This document shows positions 44,536 through 55,544 of a DNA stretch of 64,000 nucleotides, one piece after another. Numbering within the stretch: position 1 is the stretch's first letter; each line of letters opens with the position of its first letter. The notes under the pieces were generated by a model. That model was not told where the DNA came from. It searched no databases and saw nothing but the letters and a program-made list of their open reading frames with translations. Source of the DNA: an uncultured Clostridiaceae bacterium (GTDB lineage: Bacteria > Bacillota > Clostridia > TANB77 > CAG-508); assembly GCA_948356915.1 (NCBI GenBank), contig CAOJCG010000012.1, forward strand, positions 232 to 64,231, read 5' to 3'. Both the position numbers and the translations under genes were made by a program.

Positions 44536-46092
44536 ATGGAACTTTTAAAGAAATATTATAATAAAGAAAAAATGAGAATTTTACTTGTAACAGTAATAAC
44601 TTCTATGATTGTACACTTTGCATTATATGCAACTTCTGTAACAGGTCCAGATACATTATTAAATAGTATGTACCATCAGGCAGATATATGGGAAACAATG
44701 TTATTAAGATTTGGACTTTTCTTTGTTCAAATTATTAAAGGGAATGTTGTATCACCAATATTAGCAACTTTAATAAGTAGTATATTGTTGGGAATAACAG
44801 TAAATGTGGTGTTAGATATATTTAATATTAAAAATAAATATTTTAAATATATTACAGCAGTTGTATTTGCAGTAGCTCCAAATATATCGTCAACATTAAC
44901 ATTTTTTTATTGCTCAGATGCATATTTACTAGGATTACTTTTTGCAACCCTAGCAGTATATATAATAAGAAAATATGAAAATAAAAATTGGTTAGTAATT
45001 ATAAGCGGTTTGCTGTTAGCTTTAGCTATGGGAATGTATCAAACATATTTATCAGTAACTATGGTTTTATGTGTTGCTACATTATTAATAGATGTATTAA
45101 ACAATAAAGACAAAAAGCAAATATTTATTACTCTATTTAAATATATAGTAATGGGAATAATAGGAGTAATAATGTTTTACTTAATAGCACATGCGGTATT
45201 GCTAATAAGACATTTACATGCAAGCTCATATAGTGGCGCAGATTCAATAGGTTTAGGAACTTTATTACAATTACCTAACTTACTTCCACAAGCATATAAA
45301 AGTTTCTTTAATTATTATTTTAATGATGAAATTATACCAAATACAATATGGAAAACAAATATACTATATATTGTTATATTTACAATAGCAGTAATTTCAA
45401 CAATCTATATTATAATAGAAAATAGAATATATAAAAAAATTACAAATATGATATTAGCATTAATTTTTATATTAATAGCTCCAATATGTTTTGGAATAAT
45501 AGAAATAACAGTTCCAGATGTAGACATACATATACTTATGGCATGTTCAATGATATACATATTTCCAATATTCTTTAAATTATTAGAAATGCTCCCAAAA
45601 ACTAAGATTGTTAGAAATATTACATATATTATGGTATTTTCTAGTATACTTGTTATTTGGAATTATACTTGGCAAGACAATGCTTCATATGTTGCAATGA
45701 AAGCAATGCAGAATCAAACTGGGGCAGCAGTTTCAAGAATAGTAACAAGAATAGAAGAGCTAGAAGGCTATAATAGTCAAATGCCAGTATTATTTTTAGG
45801 TGGTTTAGAGAACAATGAATACTTAAATAGAGCAAATACAGACACAGAAGCAAGAAAGATATATGATAGGTCGTGGGGCTTTATAGCAAATAAGTCAACA
45901 TTATGGTGGGGAAGTATGGATAGTTGGAGAAAAATACTATACGAATATGAAGGTGTAAATACAAAATTAGTAAATGAACATGAAAGTTCAGAGATATTCG
46001 AAACAGAAGAATATAAAAATATGAAATATTACCCAGAAAGAGATAGTATAAAAATTATAAATAATACAGTTGTTGTTAAACTAAGTGATTAG
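44536..46092 (+). CDS. Polytopic membrane protein, possibly a GT-C/GtrII-like glycosyltransferase
   Basis: 518 aa with about 10 or more TM segments and a C-terminal soluble domain. Confidence 0.4.
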   Translation: MELLKKYYNKEKMRILLVTVITSMIVHFALYATSVTGPDTLLNSMYHQADIWETMLLRFGLFFVQIIKGNVVSPILATLISSILLGITVNVVLDIFNIKNKYFKYITAVVFAVAPNISSTLTFFYCSDAYLLGLLFATLAVYIIRKYENKNWLVIISGLLLALAMGMYQTYLSVTMVLCVATLLIDVLNNKDKKQIFITLFKYIVMGIIGVIMFYLIAHAVLLIRHLHASSYSGADSIGLGTLLQLPNLLPQAYKSFFNYYFNDEIIPNTIWKTNILYIVIFTIAVISTIYIIIENRIYKKITNMILALIFILIAPICFGIIEITVPDVDIHILMACSMIYIFPIFFKLLEMLPKTKIVRNITYIMVFSSILVIWNYTWQDNASYVAMKAMQNQTGAAVSRIVTRIEELEGYNSQMPVLFLGGLENNEYLNRANTDTEARKIYDRSWGFIANKSTLWWGSMDSWRKILYEYEGVNTKLVNEHESSEIFETEEYKNMKYYPERDSIKIINNTVVVKLSD

Positions 46093-46122
46093 TCGATTAT
46101 AAAAATTAATATGATAAATAGG

Positions 46123-46215
46123 CTGTAAAAAAGTGTGTCAAATGGGACGGGGGATATTGACACATCTTTAAAAGATAAAGAGTGTCAATATCCCCCGTCC
46201 CATTTGACATTTAAA
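46123..46215. repeat. Nested long palindrome (family 2), near-identical to 13838-13925
   Basis: ggctgtaaaaaagtgtgtcaaatgggacgggggata ... tatcccccgtcccatttgaca. The 21-bp outer stem is perfect. Confidence 0.7.
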
Positions 46216-46300
46216 ATATAATAATTGATTTTTTTAGTCAACTATAATATAATTCAATAAATAAAAACCAAAAAAATAATTTGAAATATAAAATTTATAG

Positions 46301-46666
<366 letters not shown>

Positions 46667-46816
46667 AATTTTACCCCAAAAGGACCAAGTTATATGGGGG
46701 TACTTTTTTGAAATAAAAAATATAAAGTGGGAGATGCCGCTTATGGGAGTAACTATTGAGAATAATACCACTGTGCCCAAAGATAAAATAGTAAAAGAAG
46801 AAGGATAAATAACAAT

Positions 46817-47869
46817 ATGAAAAATGAATATTTCGAAAATTTAAATGAAACAATTAAACAATATTTTAGTATATTATCAAAAGAAATACCAGAATTTTTA
46901 CATGACTATATAGATACAGAAGAGATGCAAAAACAAAAAGGAATTAGTGTATCTTGTGGAACTTTTTATTCAAAGTTATATAATATTGATTTATGGTACT
47001 CAAGTTTAGACCACAGTATAGCAACAGCTTTAATAGTATGGAATTTCACGAAAGATAAAAAGCAAACACTATCAGCATTATTTCACGATATAGCAACGCC
47101 AACATTCAAACATTGTATTGATTTTATGAATGGAGACTATGAAAAACAAGAATTTACAGAAGATTTAACTACTAAAATAATATCTGACTCAAAACAAATA
47201 ATGGAATTATTAAATAGAGATGAAATAGAGTTAGAAGAAATATCAGACTACCATATATATCCAATTGCAGATAATGACACGCCAAAGCTTTCAGCAGATA
47301 GATTAGAATATACTTTATCCAATGGATTAGGTGTAAGAAAAAAATTATGGACTTTAGAAGAAGTAAAGGAAATATATGAAGACATAGAAATACAAAAAAA
47401 TGAAGATGGAATTCAAGAATTAGGATTTAAACATAAGAGCATGGCAGAGAAATTTGTAAAAAATGTAAGTGAATTAGGAATATTATATATAGTAAATGAA
47501 ACCAGATTTACAATGCAATTTTTAGCAGATACTATGAAAAATATGAGTGAAAAAGGCTTAATAACAAAGAAAGACTTATACAATATGTCAGAACAAGAAG
47601 TAATTAAATTAATTGAAAATTGCGAATATAATGATATTTCTAAAAAGTTTAAAATATGGAAAGAAGCACAAAAAATAAACGAAAGTGATACATTAGTTGA
47701 AAATAGATATTGTGTAAATATAGAAAAAGTAAAGAAAAGATATATCAATCCATTAGTGAACTTCGAAAATAGATATGTAAGAATTGCAGATATTTCAGAT
47801 ATCGCTAAAAAAGATATTGAAAAAATATTGAATTTTAAAACTAAAAAATATGCATATTTAGATTTTTAG
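46817..47869 (+). CDS. HD-domain phosphohydrolase
   Basis: H (LDHSIATA) and HD (LFHDIATP) motifs. 350 aa. Confidence 0.55.
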   Translation: MKNEYFENLNETIKQYFSILSKEIPEFLHDYIDTEEMQKQKGISVSCGTFYSKLYNIDLWYSSLDHSIATALIVWNFTKDKKQTLSALFHDIATPTFKHCIDFMNGDYEKQEFTEDLTTKIISDSKQIMELLNRDEIELEEISDYHIYPIADNDTPKLSADRLEYTLSNGLGVRKKLWTLEEVKEIYEDIEIQKNEDGIQELGFKHKSMAEKFVKNVSELGILYIVNETRFTMQFLADTMKNMSEKGLITKKDLYNMSEQEVIKLIENCEYNDISKKFKIWKEAQKINESDTLVENRYCVNIEKVKKRYINPLVNFENRYVRIADISDIAKKDIEKILNFKTKKYAYLDF

Positions 47870-48007
47870 TACTAATAAATAATATAGCTATTTTAATTTA
47901 AATAATGCCATAACTATTGAAAGATAAATCAAAATATGTTATAGTACCTATACGATGAAATAGTAGAACTATAAATTCTCTAAAACAAATGTAAGGAGGA
48001 AAAAGCT

Positions 48008-48174
48008 ATGGATGAAAAGGACATCAAAAAAATGCAAAAGGTTGCTAGTAGAGTTACTAAAGAACATCATCTAAAATTTATGGCTGAAAACGAAGGAAGA
48101 ATAAAAAAAGAGATGGAAGAACTTAGAAAAAAAGAAATTGAAAATGAAGTGGATGAAAACACTATATTATGGTA
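48008..48174 (+). CDS. Small hypothetical protein
   Basis: 55 aa with RBS taaggagg, followed by a bidirectional terminator. Confidence 0.4.
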
Positions 48175-48177
48175 AAA

Positions 48178-48216
48178 AGTTTACCCAAAAAGAACCTGGT
48201 CCTTTTGGGGTAAACT
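48178..48216. terminator. Bidirectional terminator hairpin between convergent genes
   Basis: gtttacccaaaaagaacc / ggtccttttggggtaaac. Confidence 0.6.
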
Positions 48217-48218
48217 TT

Positions 48219-49517
48219 TTATTGTTCTTGTAAAGTAATTTCTACTTCTTTTTCACTACCATTCCTGTTAATCTTAATTTTCATAGTATCACCAATAGCA
48301 TGTTTATTCTTAATTTCATTTAATTCATTCATAGTTTTAATAGCTGTTCCGTCAGCTTCTATTATAACATCTCCAATTTTAAGTCCAGCCTTTTCACCAG
48401 CTGAAAATTCTTCTATACTTGTTATATAAATACCAACTACTAAGTTATTAGCTTTAGCAAGTTCTTCGGTTAAATCTCTTCCGCCAATACCAATATAAGG
48501 TCTTTTAACTTTTTTATATTCTATAAGTTGTTCATAAATAGGTTTAGTACTATTTATAGGAATAGCAAACCCCATACCTTCAATACCAGTTCCAGAAAGT
48601 TTTAAAGTGTTAATTCCAATAACCTGACCTTTACTATTAACTAAAGCACCGCCACTGTTACCAGCATTTATAGCAGCATCTGTTTGAATTAATGTGTAGG
48701 TCCTACCATCTGTTTGAACATCTCTATTAACAGCACTTATAGTTCCAGAAGAAATACTACTTTGCATTCCAAGTGGGTTACCAGCAGCCATTGAAAATTC
48801 ACCAACTTGAATACTATCAGAATCACCAAGTTCAGCAGCTGTTAAACCTTCTTTTTCTATTTTAATAACAGCTAAATCAGTTTGCTCGTCTGTTCCGATA
48901 ATAGTTGCATCATAAGGTGTTTTATCATTAAATAAATAAACTACAACTTTACTTGCATCACCAACTGTATAATAAGAAGATGAAGAACTAGAGCTTACAA
49001 TATGGTTATTCGTTAAAATATACCCATCTTCAGATATAATAATTCCAGAACCTTCACCAGTAGTAGTTGAAGTACCTCTACTAAAAATAGAGTTAACAGG
49101 AAATTCAACTGTAATACCTACAACAGAAGGTAATATTTTTGCAGCTACACCAACACCAGTTTCAGAATATTCTTTTAAAGAAACTAAATCTGTATTAACA
49201 CCTGTGTAAGTATTAGAAGAATTACTAGTATTATTAGAAGAACTTGAAGTATTTCCCATAATAGCTTTTTTAATACTAGGAACTCCAAAACAAGTACCAA
49301 TAACTAAGGCACTACCCACTACACCAGAAATAAATGGAACTGCAATTGTTCTGCCAAAACCAGATTTGTTTTCTTTCTTACTTTTAACAGTAAATTCACT
49401 TACAGGTTTATAATTAGTTTTAGTATTTGCAGTTTTAAATGTATTTGTTTCTTTAGAAGTGGTACTGCTGGCTTCTTCTACTTTTTCTCCTTCAATAAAA
49501 TTCTTATTTTCATCCAT
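48219..49517 (-). CDS. htrA: HtrA/DegP-family serine protease (trypsin-like S1C domain plus PDZ)
   Basis: GNSGGALVN catalytic serine, TM anchor and C-terminal PDZ. Start at M(DENKNF) after RBS gaaaggaag. Confidence 0.85.
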   Translation of the reverse strand: MDENKNFIEGEKVEEASSTTSKETNTFKTANTKTNYKPVSEFTVKSKKENKSGFGRTIAVPFISGVVGSALVIGTCFGVPSIKKAIMGNTSSSSNNTSNSSNTYTGVNTDLVSLKEYSETGVGVAAKILPSVVGITVEFPVNSIFSRGTSTTTGEGSGIIISEDGYILTNNHIVSSSSSSSYYTVGDASKVVVYLFNDKTPYDATIIGTDEQTDLAVIKIEKEGLTAAELGDSDSIQVGEFSMAAGNPLGMQSSISSGTISAVNRDVQTDGRTYTLIQTDAAINAGNSGGALVNSKGQVIGINTLKLSGTGIEGMGFAIPINSTKPIYEQLIEYKKVKRPYIGIGGRDLTEELAKANNLVVGIYITSIEEFSAGEKAGLKIGDVIIEADGTAIKTMNELNEIKNKHAIGDTMKIKINRNGSEKEVEITLQEQ

Positions 49518-49669
49518 AAAATTACTTCCTTTCAAAAATATCATTATTATTTTACACATATTTTATCATATATTACAATAAAATTGTGAAAATTGTGTGA
49601 CAATTTTGTTGATTTTGTAAAAACATACATATATAATAATAGTATAAAAGAAAGGAAAAGTGAAATAAA

Positions 49670-49840
49670 ATGAAAAAGGAAAATGGAATGGCTCATATAA
49701 CACTTATTATTTGGATAGTAATTATAATTGTTATAGGATATTTAGGTATAAATTTTGTATTAAAAGAAACACGGAAAAGGAAAAATAGAAAACTTAAAAA
49801 CAGATATGTTACTAGTTCAAGGAAAAATAAAAGTAATTGA
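49670..49840 (+). CDS. Small membrane protein candidate
   Basis: 56 aa with one TM segment and a weak RBS. Confidence 0.3.
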   Translation: MKKENGMAHITLIIWIVIIIVIGYLGINFVLKETRKRKNRKLKNRYVTSSRKNKSN

Positions 49841-50144
49841 ACAAGAAAATGAAATGAATAAAGAAGAAAACCCATTAAGAGGTTTAAAGGTCTCAGAAAA
49901 TTTAGAAGATGAAAAGGTAAAAAAATTAATAGAAAATAAAGTAATAAATGCAGAAGATGAAAATTTTGACCAATATTATATAATAAATTCAGAAACCTTA
50001 AATGAACTAAATTTACAAGATAACTTAAAAGGTGAGTATTATATAGTAAATTATAAAACTTATGAAATAATTTACTCAAAGGGAATTGAAATAGAAGAAC
50101 AGATGCATTATAGCTTGACTGAAATTCTAGAACATACACGTTAG
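49806..50144 (+). CDS. Hypothetical acidic protein
   Basis: 112-aa ORF whose 3' end runs into a degenerate REP fragment (acgttagggacg). Confidence 0.3.
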   Translation: MLLVQGKIKVIEQENEMNKEENPLRGLKVSENLEDEKVKKLIENKVINAEDENFDQYYIINSETLNELNLQDNLKGEYYIVNYKTYEIIYSKGIEIEEQMHYSLTEILEHTR

Positions 50145-50258
50145 GGACGCTCATTTTTGTGTTAATTTAACATGGTAGGGACAACCTTTAAGATAAAAAA
50201 TATATACATAGTATTTTTTTATGGTAAAATAAGTTATAAAAGTGGAGAAAGTATTAAA

Positions 50259-50672
50259 ATGAAAAATTTAATGAGAAGTAATATATATGATGTAGAAGAA
50301 ACAATAGTAATAGTAGGAAGTTGCCTAAAGAATATGCAACCACAAGGATATGAAAAAGTAAAACATTTATCAGAAAATATATATGAACTATGTTTAGAAG
50401 AAACACATATTAATATGGCAATAACTAAAATAGGTGGAATGTTAAGAACAGGAAAAATAAAAAATATAATATTTGCAACTGTTGATAAATCACCACATTG
50501 CATTCAAGTACATTATATAAGAAATGAACTTGAAAAAATGATGGATATAAAAGATATAAACATTACAAATTATGTAGTAGTAGATAATGAACTAGTAGAA
50601 ATAGATGATAAAATAATATCGATGTCAAAACAATTATCAAAATTAAAAGATATGACAAATAAAAATATATAA
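50259..50672 (+). CDS. Hypothetical protein
   Basis: ATG at 50259 after a ggag. About 137 aa. Confidence 0.4.
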   Translation: MKNLMRSNIYDVEETIVIVGSCLKNMQPQGYEKVKHLSENIYELCLEETHINMAITKIGGMLRTGKIKNIIFATVDKSPHCIQVHYIRNELEKMMDIKDINITNYVVVDNELVEIDDKIISMSKQLSKLKDMTNKNI

Positions 50673-50679
50673 TAAGGAA

Positions 50680-50766
50680 ACTAGAAATTAGAGAATATAT
50701 AAAAAAACTTCGAGGGATTTGCTAAAAATCCAACATCCAACTTCCAACCTCTAACTTCTACATTCC
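50680..50766. repeat. Partial composite repeat (CTTCGAG core-like segment plus pyrimidine arm TCCAACATCCAACTTCCAACCTCTAACTTC) in the rnhB leader
   Basis: Read directly in the sequence. Confidence 0.6.
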
Positions 50767-50781
50767 AAAGGAAGGTAAAAA

Positions 50782-51409
50782 TTGAAAGAAAAAGAATTAC
50801 AAAGATTAACTGAACTAAAACAAATAGAAGAAAACTTACATTCACAAGGAATAGAATACATATGTGGAATAGATGAAGCAGGGCGTGGTCCACTAGCAGG
50901 GCCAGTAGTAGTTGCAGCAACAATAATGCCAAAAGATTCAATGATAGAAGGAGTTAATGACTCAAAAAAAGTTTCAGAGAAAAAAAGAGAATTACTATAC
51001 GAAAAAATAACTGAAGAAGCAATAGCGTGGGGAGTAGGTATAATAGACCAAAAAGAAATAGATAGAATAAATATACTAAATGCAACAAAAGAAGGACTAA
51101 CTCAAGCACTAAAAGCACTAACTGTAAAGCCAGATAGAATAATAGTAGATGCCCTAAATGGAATAGATACACTTCGGAATACCATACACATCAATAATAA
51201 AGGGAGACGCAAAATGCTATTCAATAGCAGCAGCCTCAATAATAGCAAAAGTAACAAGAGATAGAATAATGCGTCAGTGGGATGAAATATACCCTATGTA
51301 TGGCTTTGAAAAACATAAGGGATATGGAACAAAAGCACACATAGAAGCAATAAAAGAATATGGCTTATGCCCATTACATAGACTAAGCTTTACTAAGAAT
51401 ATAAGATGA
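50782..51409 (+). pseudogene. rnhB: Ribonuclease HII, frameshifted
   Basis: ICGIDEAGRGPLAGPVV is in frame 1. The conserved C-terminal region [31 protein letters not shown]...[14 protein letters not shown]...HRLSF is in the +1 frame, and the shift is near 51172-51178 (cttcgga). Confidence 0.75.
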
Positions 51410-51475
51410 ACTAATTACAAAAATAATGAGAACATATGAAAAAAATACATAAAGCAATAGAAAAGGAAAAATAAA

Positions 51476-51790
51476 ATGTACTACATATATATGTTAAGAT
51501 GTGAAGATAACTCAATTTATACAGGAATAGCAAAAGATTTAGAACATAGATTAAATGAGCATTTTACTAAAGATGAAAAGTGTGCAAAATATACAAAATC
51601 GCATAAAGCTCAGAAATTAGAAATAGCGTGGAAAACACAAAATAAGTCTTTAGCATCTAAATTGGAATATGCAATAAAGAAGCTAAATAAGAATAGAAAA
51701 GAAAAATTAATATGTGAACCTAACTTGCTAAGAGAATTCTTTAAAGAGAAAATAGATAAAAATGAATACTTATTATATAAAATAAAATAA
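51476..51790 (+). CDS. GIY-YIG nuclease-family protein (UPF0213-like)
   Basis: YYIYMLRC..SIYTGIA...RL.EH motifs. 104 aa. Confidence 0.65.
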   Translation: MYYIYMLRCEDNSIYTGIAKDLEHRLNEHFTKDEKCAKYTKSHKAQKLEIAWKTQNKSLASKLEYAIKKLNKNRKEKLICEPNLLREFFKEKIDKNEYLLYKIK

Positions 51791-51812
51791 AATAAAATAA
51801 AATAAAATAAAA
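51781..51812. repeat. Microsatellite (AAAAT)6
   Basis: aaaataaaataaaataaaataaaataaaaat overlaps the GIY-YIG stop. Confidence 0.8.
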
Positions 51813-51927
51813 ATATTGAAATTTATGTTAAACATGTTATACTAGGCAATGAAAAAGCTGTAATAATCCTTTTTACACTAAAAGATAACAACAGAGGTTA
51901 AATAAAATTATTTAAAGGAGGTATAAT

Positions 51928-52119
51928 ATGCAAGAAGAAGAGAAAAAAATAATGGGACATACTGAAGAAGAAATTAAGGCTAGTTTTAGAAAAGAACAGC
52001 AGTTACCTAATATTACAGAAAAAATTTGGACAGACAAATCAACTCTTGAAATTCTAATTGAAGGAGGAAAAGAACTTACAGAAGAGGAAAAAGAATATTT
52101 AGAAGATATTTTTTATTAA
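51928..52119 (+). CDS. Small acidic hypothetical protein
   Basis: 63 aa with RBS aaaggagg. Confidence 0.4.
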   Translation: MQEEEKKIMGHTEEEIKASFRKEQQLPNITEKIWTDKSTLEILIEGGKELTEEEKEYLEDIFY

Positions 52120-52165
52120 TATAAAGTATTATATTAATAAACCATTATAATAAGAAAGAATAAGT

Positions 52166-52210
52166 AGAAAAAAGCCATTGAAAATATTAATTAAAATGGC
52201 TTTTTTCATT
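52166..52210. terminator. Bidirectional terminator
   Basis: aaaaagccatt ... aatggctttttt. Confidence 0.6.
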
Positions 52211-52235
52211 TGTTTATAACAAATGCTTTTTATAT

Positions 52236-52823
52236 TTATTTTTTGCTATTACTTTTTATAAAACCTCTAATAGTATCATACAAATAAGGCTTAAACTCTT
52301 CAATAGGTAAAGGTTTCTTATATAAAATAGAATGATAACAAGTAGAGCTTACAAGTTCAACAATCATAAATAAAGTTATTTCAGGATTTTTCAAACTATA
52401 TTTTTTTGATTTTTCTAAAAATAACTGATAAAAACCATTTGGGTTGTTTTCACTGTCTTCACAAAGTTTATGAACAGTTTGATTATATATTCCCCAAGAT
52501 AAATTTTTAGAAATAAACTTTAATAAAGTAGGAGTTTTATTTAGTTCATCAATCACATAATTTATAACAAAAATAACTTGGTCAGCAAAATTTTCAATAT
52601 AATTTTTATTAAGTAGTTCAACTGCTTCATTAAACAATTTAGTTGCCTTCCTAGAAATAAGAATATCCCTTATTTCATATTTATCCTTAAAATATATATA
52701 AAAAGTACCTTTGGCAACATTAGCATTATCAACAATTTCTTGAATAGAAGTATCAGTAATACCTTTTTCAGTAAATAATTTAAAAGCAGTATCTAATAAT
52801 CTATTTTCCTTATCTTTTTCCAT
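52236..52823 (-). CDS. TetR/AcrR-family transcriptional regulator
   Basis: N-terminal HTH LLDTAFKLFTEKGITDTSIQEIVDNANVAKGTFYIYF. 195 aa. Confidence 0.8.
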   Translation of the reverse strand: MEKDKENRLLDTAFKLFTEKGITDTSIQEIVDNANVAKGTFYIYFKDKYEIRDILISRKATKLFNEAVELLNKNYIENFADQVIFVINYVIDELNKTPTLLKFISKNLSWGIYNQTVHKLCEDSENNPNGFYQLFLEKSKKYSLKNPEITLFMIVELVSSTCYHSILYKKPLPIEEFKPYLYDTIRGFIKSNSKK

Positions 52824-52921
52824 ATCTCATTTCCCCCTATTCATATTATGACATATTTTAGACGATTGGTCAATATATTTGTAAGAAGAAGTTTTTGAGG
52901 TGTTAAATGGGCCGTCAGAAA

Positions 52922-53122
52922 GTTTGAAATATTAATGATTTTTAGATGTTAACGGTTCATTAAAAAATTTAAGAACTTCTATGCTCAATTTTCGGCACCC
53001 TTTCTGTGCTCGTTCCTTTAAAATAAAGGAACGCCACGAACATTTTCCAAAAATTTCGCAAAGAATTTCTAAAGTTGTTTTAACTCACACATTAACATCT
53101 AAAAATTGTTAATATTTCAAGC
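52922..53122. repeat. Element of about 200 bp bounded by 32-bp imperfect inverted repeats (MITE-like or invertible segment)
   Basis: Left arm is gtttgaaatattaatgatttttagatgttaac. Right arm is attaacatctaaaaattgttaatatttcaagc. The 137-bp core contains nested hairpins. Confidence 0.5.
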
Positions 53123-53170
53123 TTTCTGACTACTCTACTGTTCACAACTTGCAGCTAAAATATTTCATGT

Positions 53171-53320
53171 TGTAGGGGCTTAATCGGTTAGGAATACCAA
53201 AGAGAACTTATCGGATTACGCCCTCTAAACGTATATTTAAGATTAATACCAATATTAAAATTATCTAAGGGCGAAATTTGGTATTCCCAGAGAGGTATTC
53301 CTTACTGATTTAGCCCCTAC
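53171..53320. repeat. Inverted pair of REP-like elements (GTAGGGGCTTAATCGGTTAGGAATACC ... GGTATTCCTTACTGATTTAGCCCCTAC)
   Basis: BIME-like inverted REP pair. A direct half-copy lies at 57631-57690. Confidence 0.65.
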
Positions 53321-53397
53321 AGTAATTCTAAAATATTTAGTGGCTATGAATATTAATCTATATAATGTATAAATATAGAAAAATTTTCACAAACGTA

Positions 53398-53451
53398 TTG
53401 ACTAATGGTCATGAAAGTAGTACAATAAAACCTAAAGTGACCAATAGTCAT
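53398..53451 (+). promoter_or_regulatory. Promoter (TTGACT-17-TACAAT) overlapping two direct 13-mer repeats TGACTAATGGTCA / TGACCAATAGTCA; candidate TetR operators
   Basis: Read directly in the sequence. Located between the divergent tetR and MMPL genes. Confidence 0.4.
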
Positions 53452-53471
53452 AAAACGAAAGGAGAATAAGT

Positions 53472-55532
53472 ATGCATAAATTTGGAGAATTTGTATGTAA
53501 ATACAAAAAAGCAATTTTAATAATTGCACTACTACTATTAATTCCATCTATAATAGGAATGAAAGCTACAAGAATAAACTACGACATATTAGTATATCTT
53601 CCAAATGACATAGAAACAATAAAAGGCGAAAAAATACTATCTGAAGATTTTAATATGGGAGCATTTTCTATTATAATAGTGGATGATATGAATACAAAAG
53701 ATATTATAAAATTAGAAAATAAAATAAAAGAAATAGAAAGCGTACAAAAAGTAGTAAGTATAGCAGATGTTTTAGGAACAAGCATTCCAAAGGAAATTCT
53801 ACCAGATGAAATAAAAGATAAAGTATATAAAGAAAATTCTAGCGTAATGTTAGTAACATTTAAGGGTGGAATATCCGAAGATAGTACAGTAAAAGCAGTA
53901 GAGGAGCTAAGAGAGATAACAGACCAAAGGTGCAAAATAAGTGGAATGACCTCTACTGTAATAGACACAAGAGACTTATCAAACTCAGAAGTAGCAATAT
54001 ATGTAATAATAGCAGTATTACTTTGTCTTTTAGTATTGGAAATAGCACTAGATTCATATGCAGTACCAGTTATAATATTACTAAACATAGGAATAGCAAT
54101 TCTATATAATATGGGAACAAATATAATGTTTGGAGAAATTTCGTACATAACAAAAGCAATAAGTGCAGTATTACAACTAGGTGTAACAATGGACTTTGCA
54201 ATATTCCTATATCATAGTTATATGCAAGAAAAAGAAAAGTGCGAAAATAAAGAAAAATCAATGGCAAATGCAATATCAAAAACACTAATATCTGTAATAG
54301 GAAGTTCACTTACAACAATAGCAGGTTTCTTAGCATTATGTAGTATGAACTTAACACTAGGAAAAGATATTGGTTTAGTAATGGCAAAGGGAGTATTTTT
54401 AGGAGTAATAAGTGTAGTTACAGTATTACCAGCAATGATATTAGAGTTAGATAATTTAATACAAAAAGCAAAACATAAGGAAATATTACCTAAATTTACT
54501 AAAATAAAAGAATTAGTAATAAAACACTATAAATTAATAGCAATAATATTCATTATAATATTACCTATAGCATTTTATGGATATAAAAATACTAAAGTTT
54601 ACTACAACCTAGATAAATCATTACCAAAAACTTTAGAAAGTGTAATAGCAAATAGTGAATTAAAAGAGAAATTTAATATGGTATCAACTGAGCTTCTATT
54701 AGTAGACAAAAACTTACCAAACTCTAAATTAGATGAAATGATAAACAAAATAGAAGAACTAGATGGAATAGAGTGGACTTTAAGTTCTTCAAAAATACAA
54801 AACCTAGGAATACCAAAAGAAACAATACCAGAAGAAATAAAAGAAATATTTGAAAGTGAAAAACACCAAATAATTATAATAAATTCAAGATATGAAATGG
54901 CAACAGATGAGCTAAACGAGCAAGTTGAAAGCATAGATAATATAGTAAAACAATATGACGAAAATGCAATGCTAGCAGGAGAAGGTCCATTAATGAAAGA
55001 CTTAGTACAAATAGCAGACCACGACTTTAACAGTGTAAACATTGTTTCAATAGCAATAATATTTGCAATAATGATAATTGTTCTAAAATCAATATCATTA
55101 CCAGTAATATTAATAATGGTAATAGAGTTTGCAATATTCATAAATATGGGAATACCATATTACACAAACACAGTCTTGCCATTTGTAGCCTCAATAGTAA
55201 TAGGAACAATACAACTAGGAGCAACAATAGACTATGCAATACTAATAACAACAAAATATATAGGAGCAAGAAAAGAAGGAAAAGAGAAAAAAGAGGCAGT
55301 ATCAGAAGCATTAGGAACATCAATTAGTTCAATAGCAGTAAGTGGCCTATGTTTCTTTGGAGCAACATTTGGAGTAGGAGCATACTCAAAAATAGAAATG
55401 ATAGGCTCACTATGCACACTAATGTCAAGAGGCGCAATAATAAGTATGATAACAGTAATATGTGCATTACCTGCATTTTTGATAATATTTGATAAGCTTA
55501 TATGCAAAACAACAATGAAAATGGAGAAATAG
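53472..55532 (+). CDS. MMPL/RND-superfamily membrane transporter
   Basis: 686 aa with two 6-TM bundles and extracytoplasmic loops. Divergent from tetR. Confidence 0.75.
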   Translation: MHKFGEFVCKYKKAILIIALLLLIPSIIGMKATRINYDILVYLPNDIETIKGEKILSEDFNMGAFSIIIVDDMNTKDIIKLENKIKEIESVQKVVSIADVLGTSIPKEILPDEIKDKVYKENSSVMLVTFKGGISEDSTVKAVEELREITDQRCKISGMTSTVIDTRDLSNSEVAIYVIIAVLLCLLVLEIALDSYAVPVIILLNIGIAILYNMGTNIMFGEISYITKAISAVLQLGVTMDFAIFLYHSYMQEKEKCENKEKSMANAISKTLISVIGSSLTTIAGFLALCSMNLTLGKDIGLVMAKGVFLGVISVVTVLPAMILELDNLIQKAKHKEILPKFTKIKELVIKHYKLIAIIFIIILPIAFYGYKNTKVYYNLDKSLPKTLESVIANSELKEKFNMVSTELLLVDKNLPNSKLDEMINKIEELDGIEWTLSSSKIQNLGIPKETIPEEIKEIFESEKHQIIIINSRYEMATDELNEQVESIDNIVKQYDENAMLAGEGPLMKDLVQIADHDFNSVNIVSIAIIFAIMIIVLKSISLPVILIMVIEFAIFINMGIPYYTNTVLPFVASIVIGTIQLGATIDYAILITTKYIGARKEGKEKKEAVSEALGTSISSIAVSGLCFFGATFGVGAYSKIEMIGSLCTLMSRGAIISMITVICALPAFLIIFDKLICKTTMKMEK

Positions 55533-55544
55533 AAGACCAAAATT

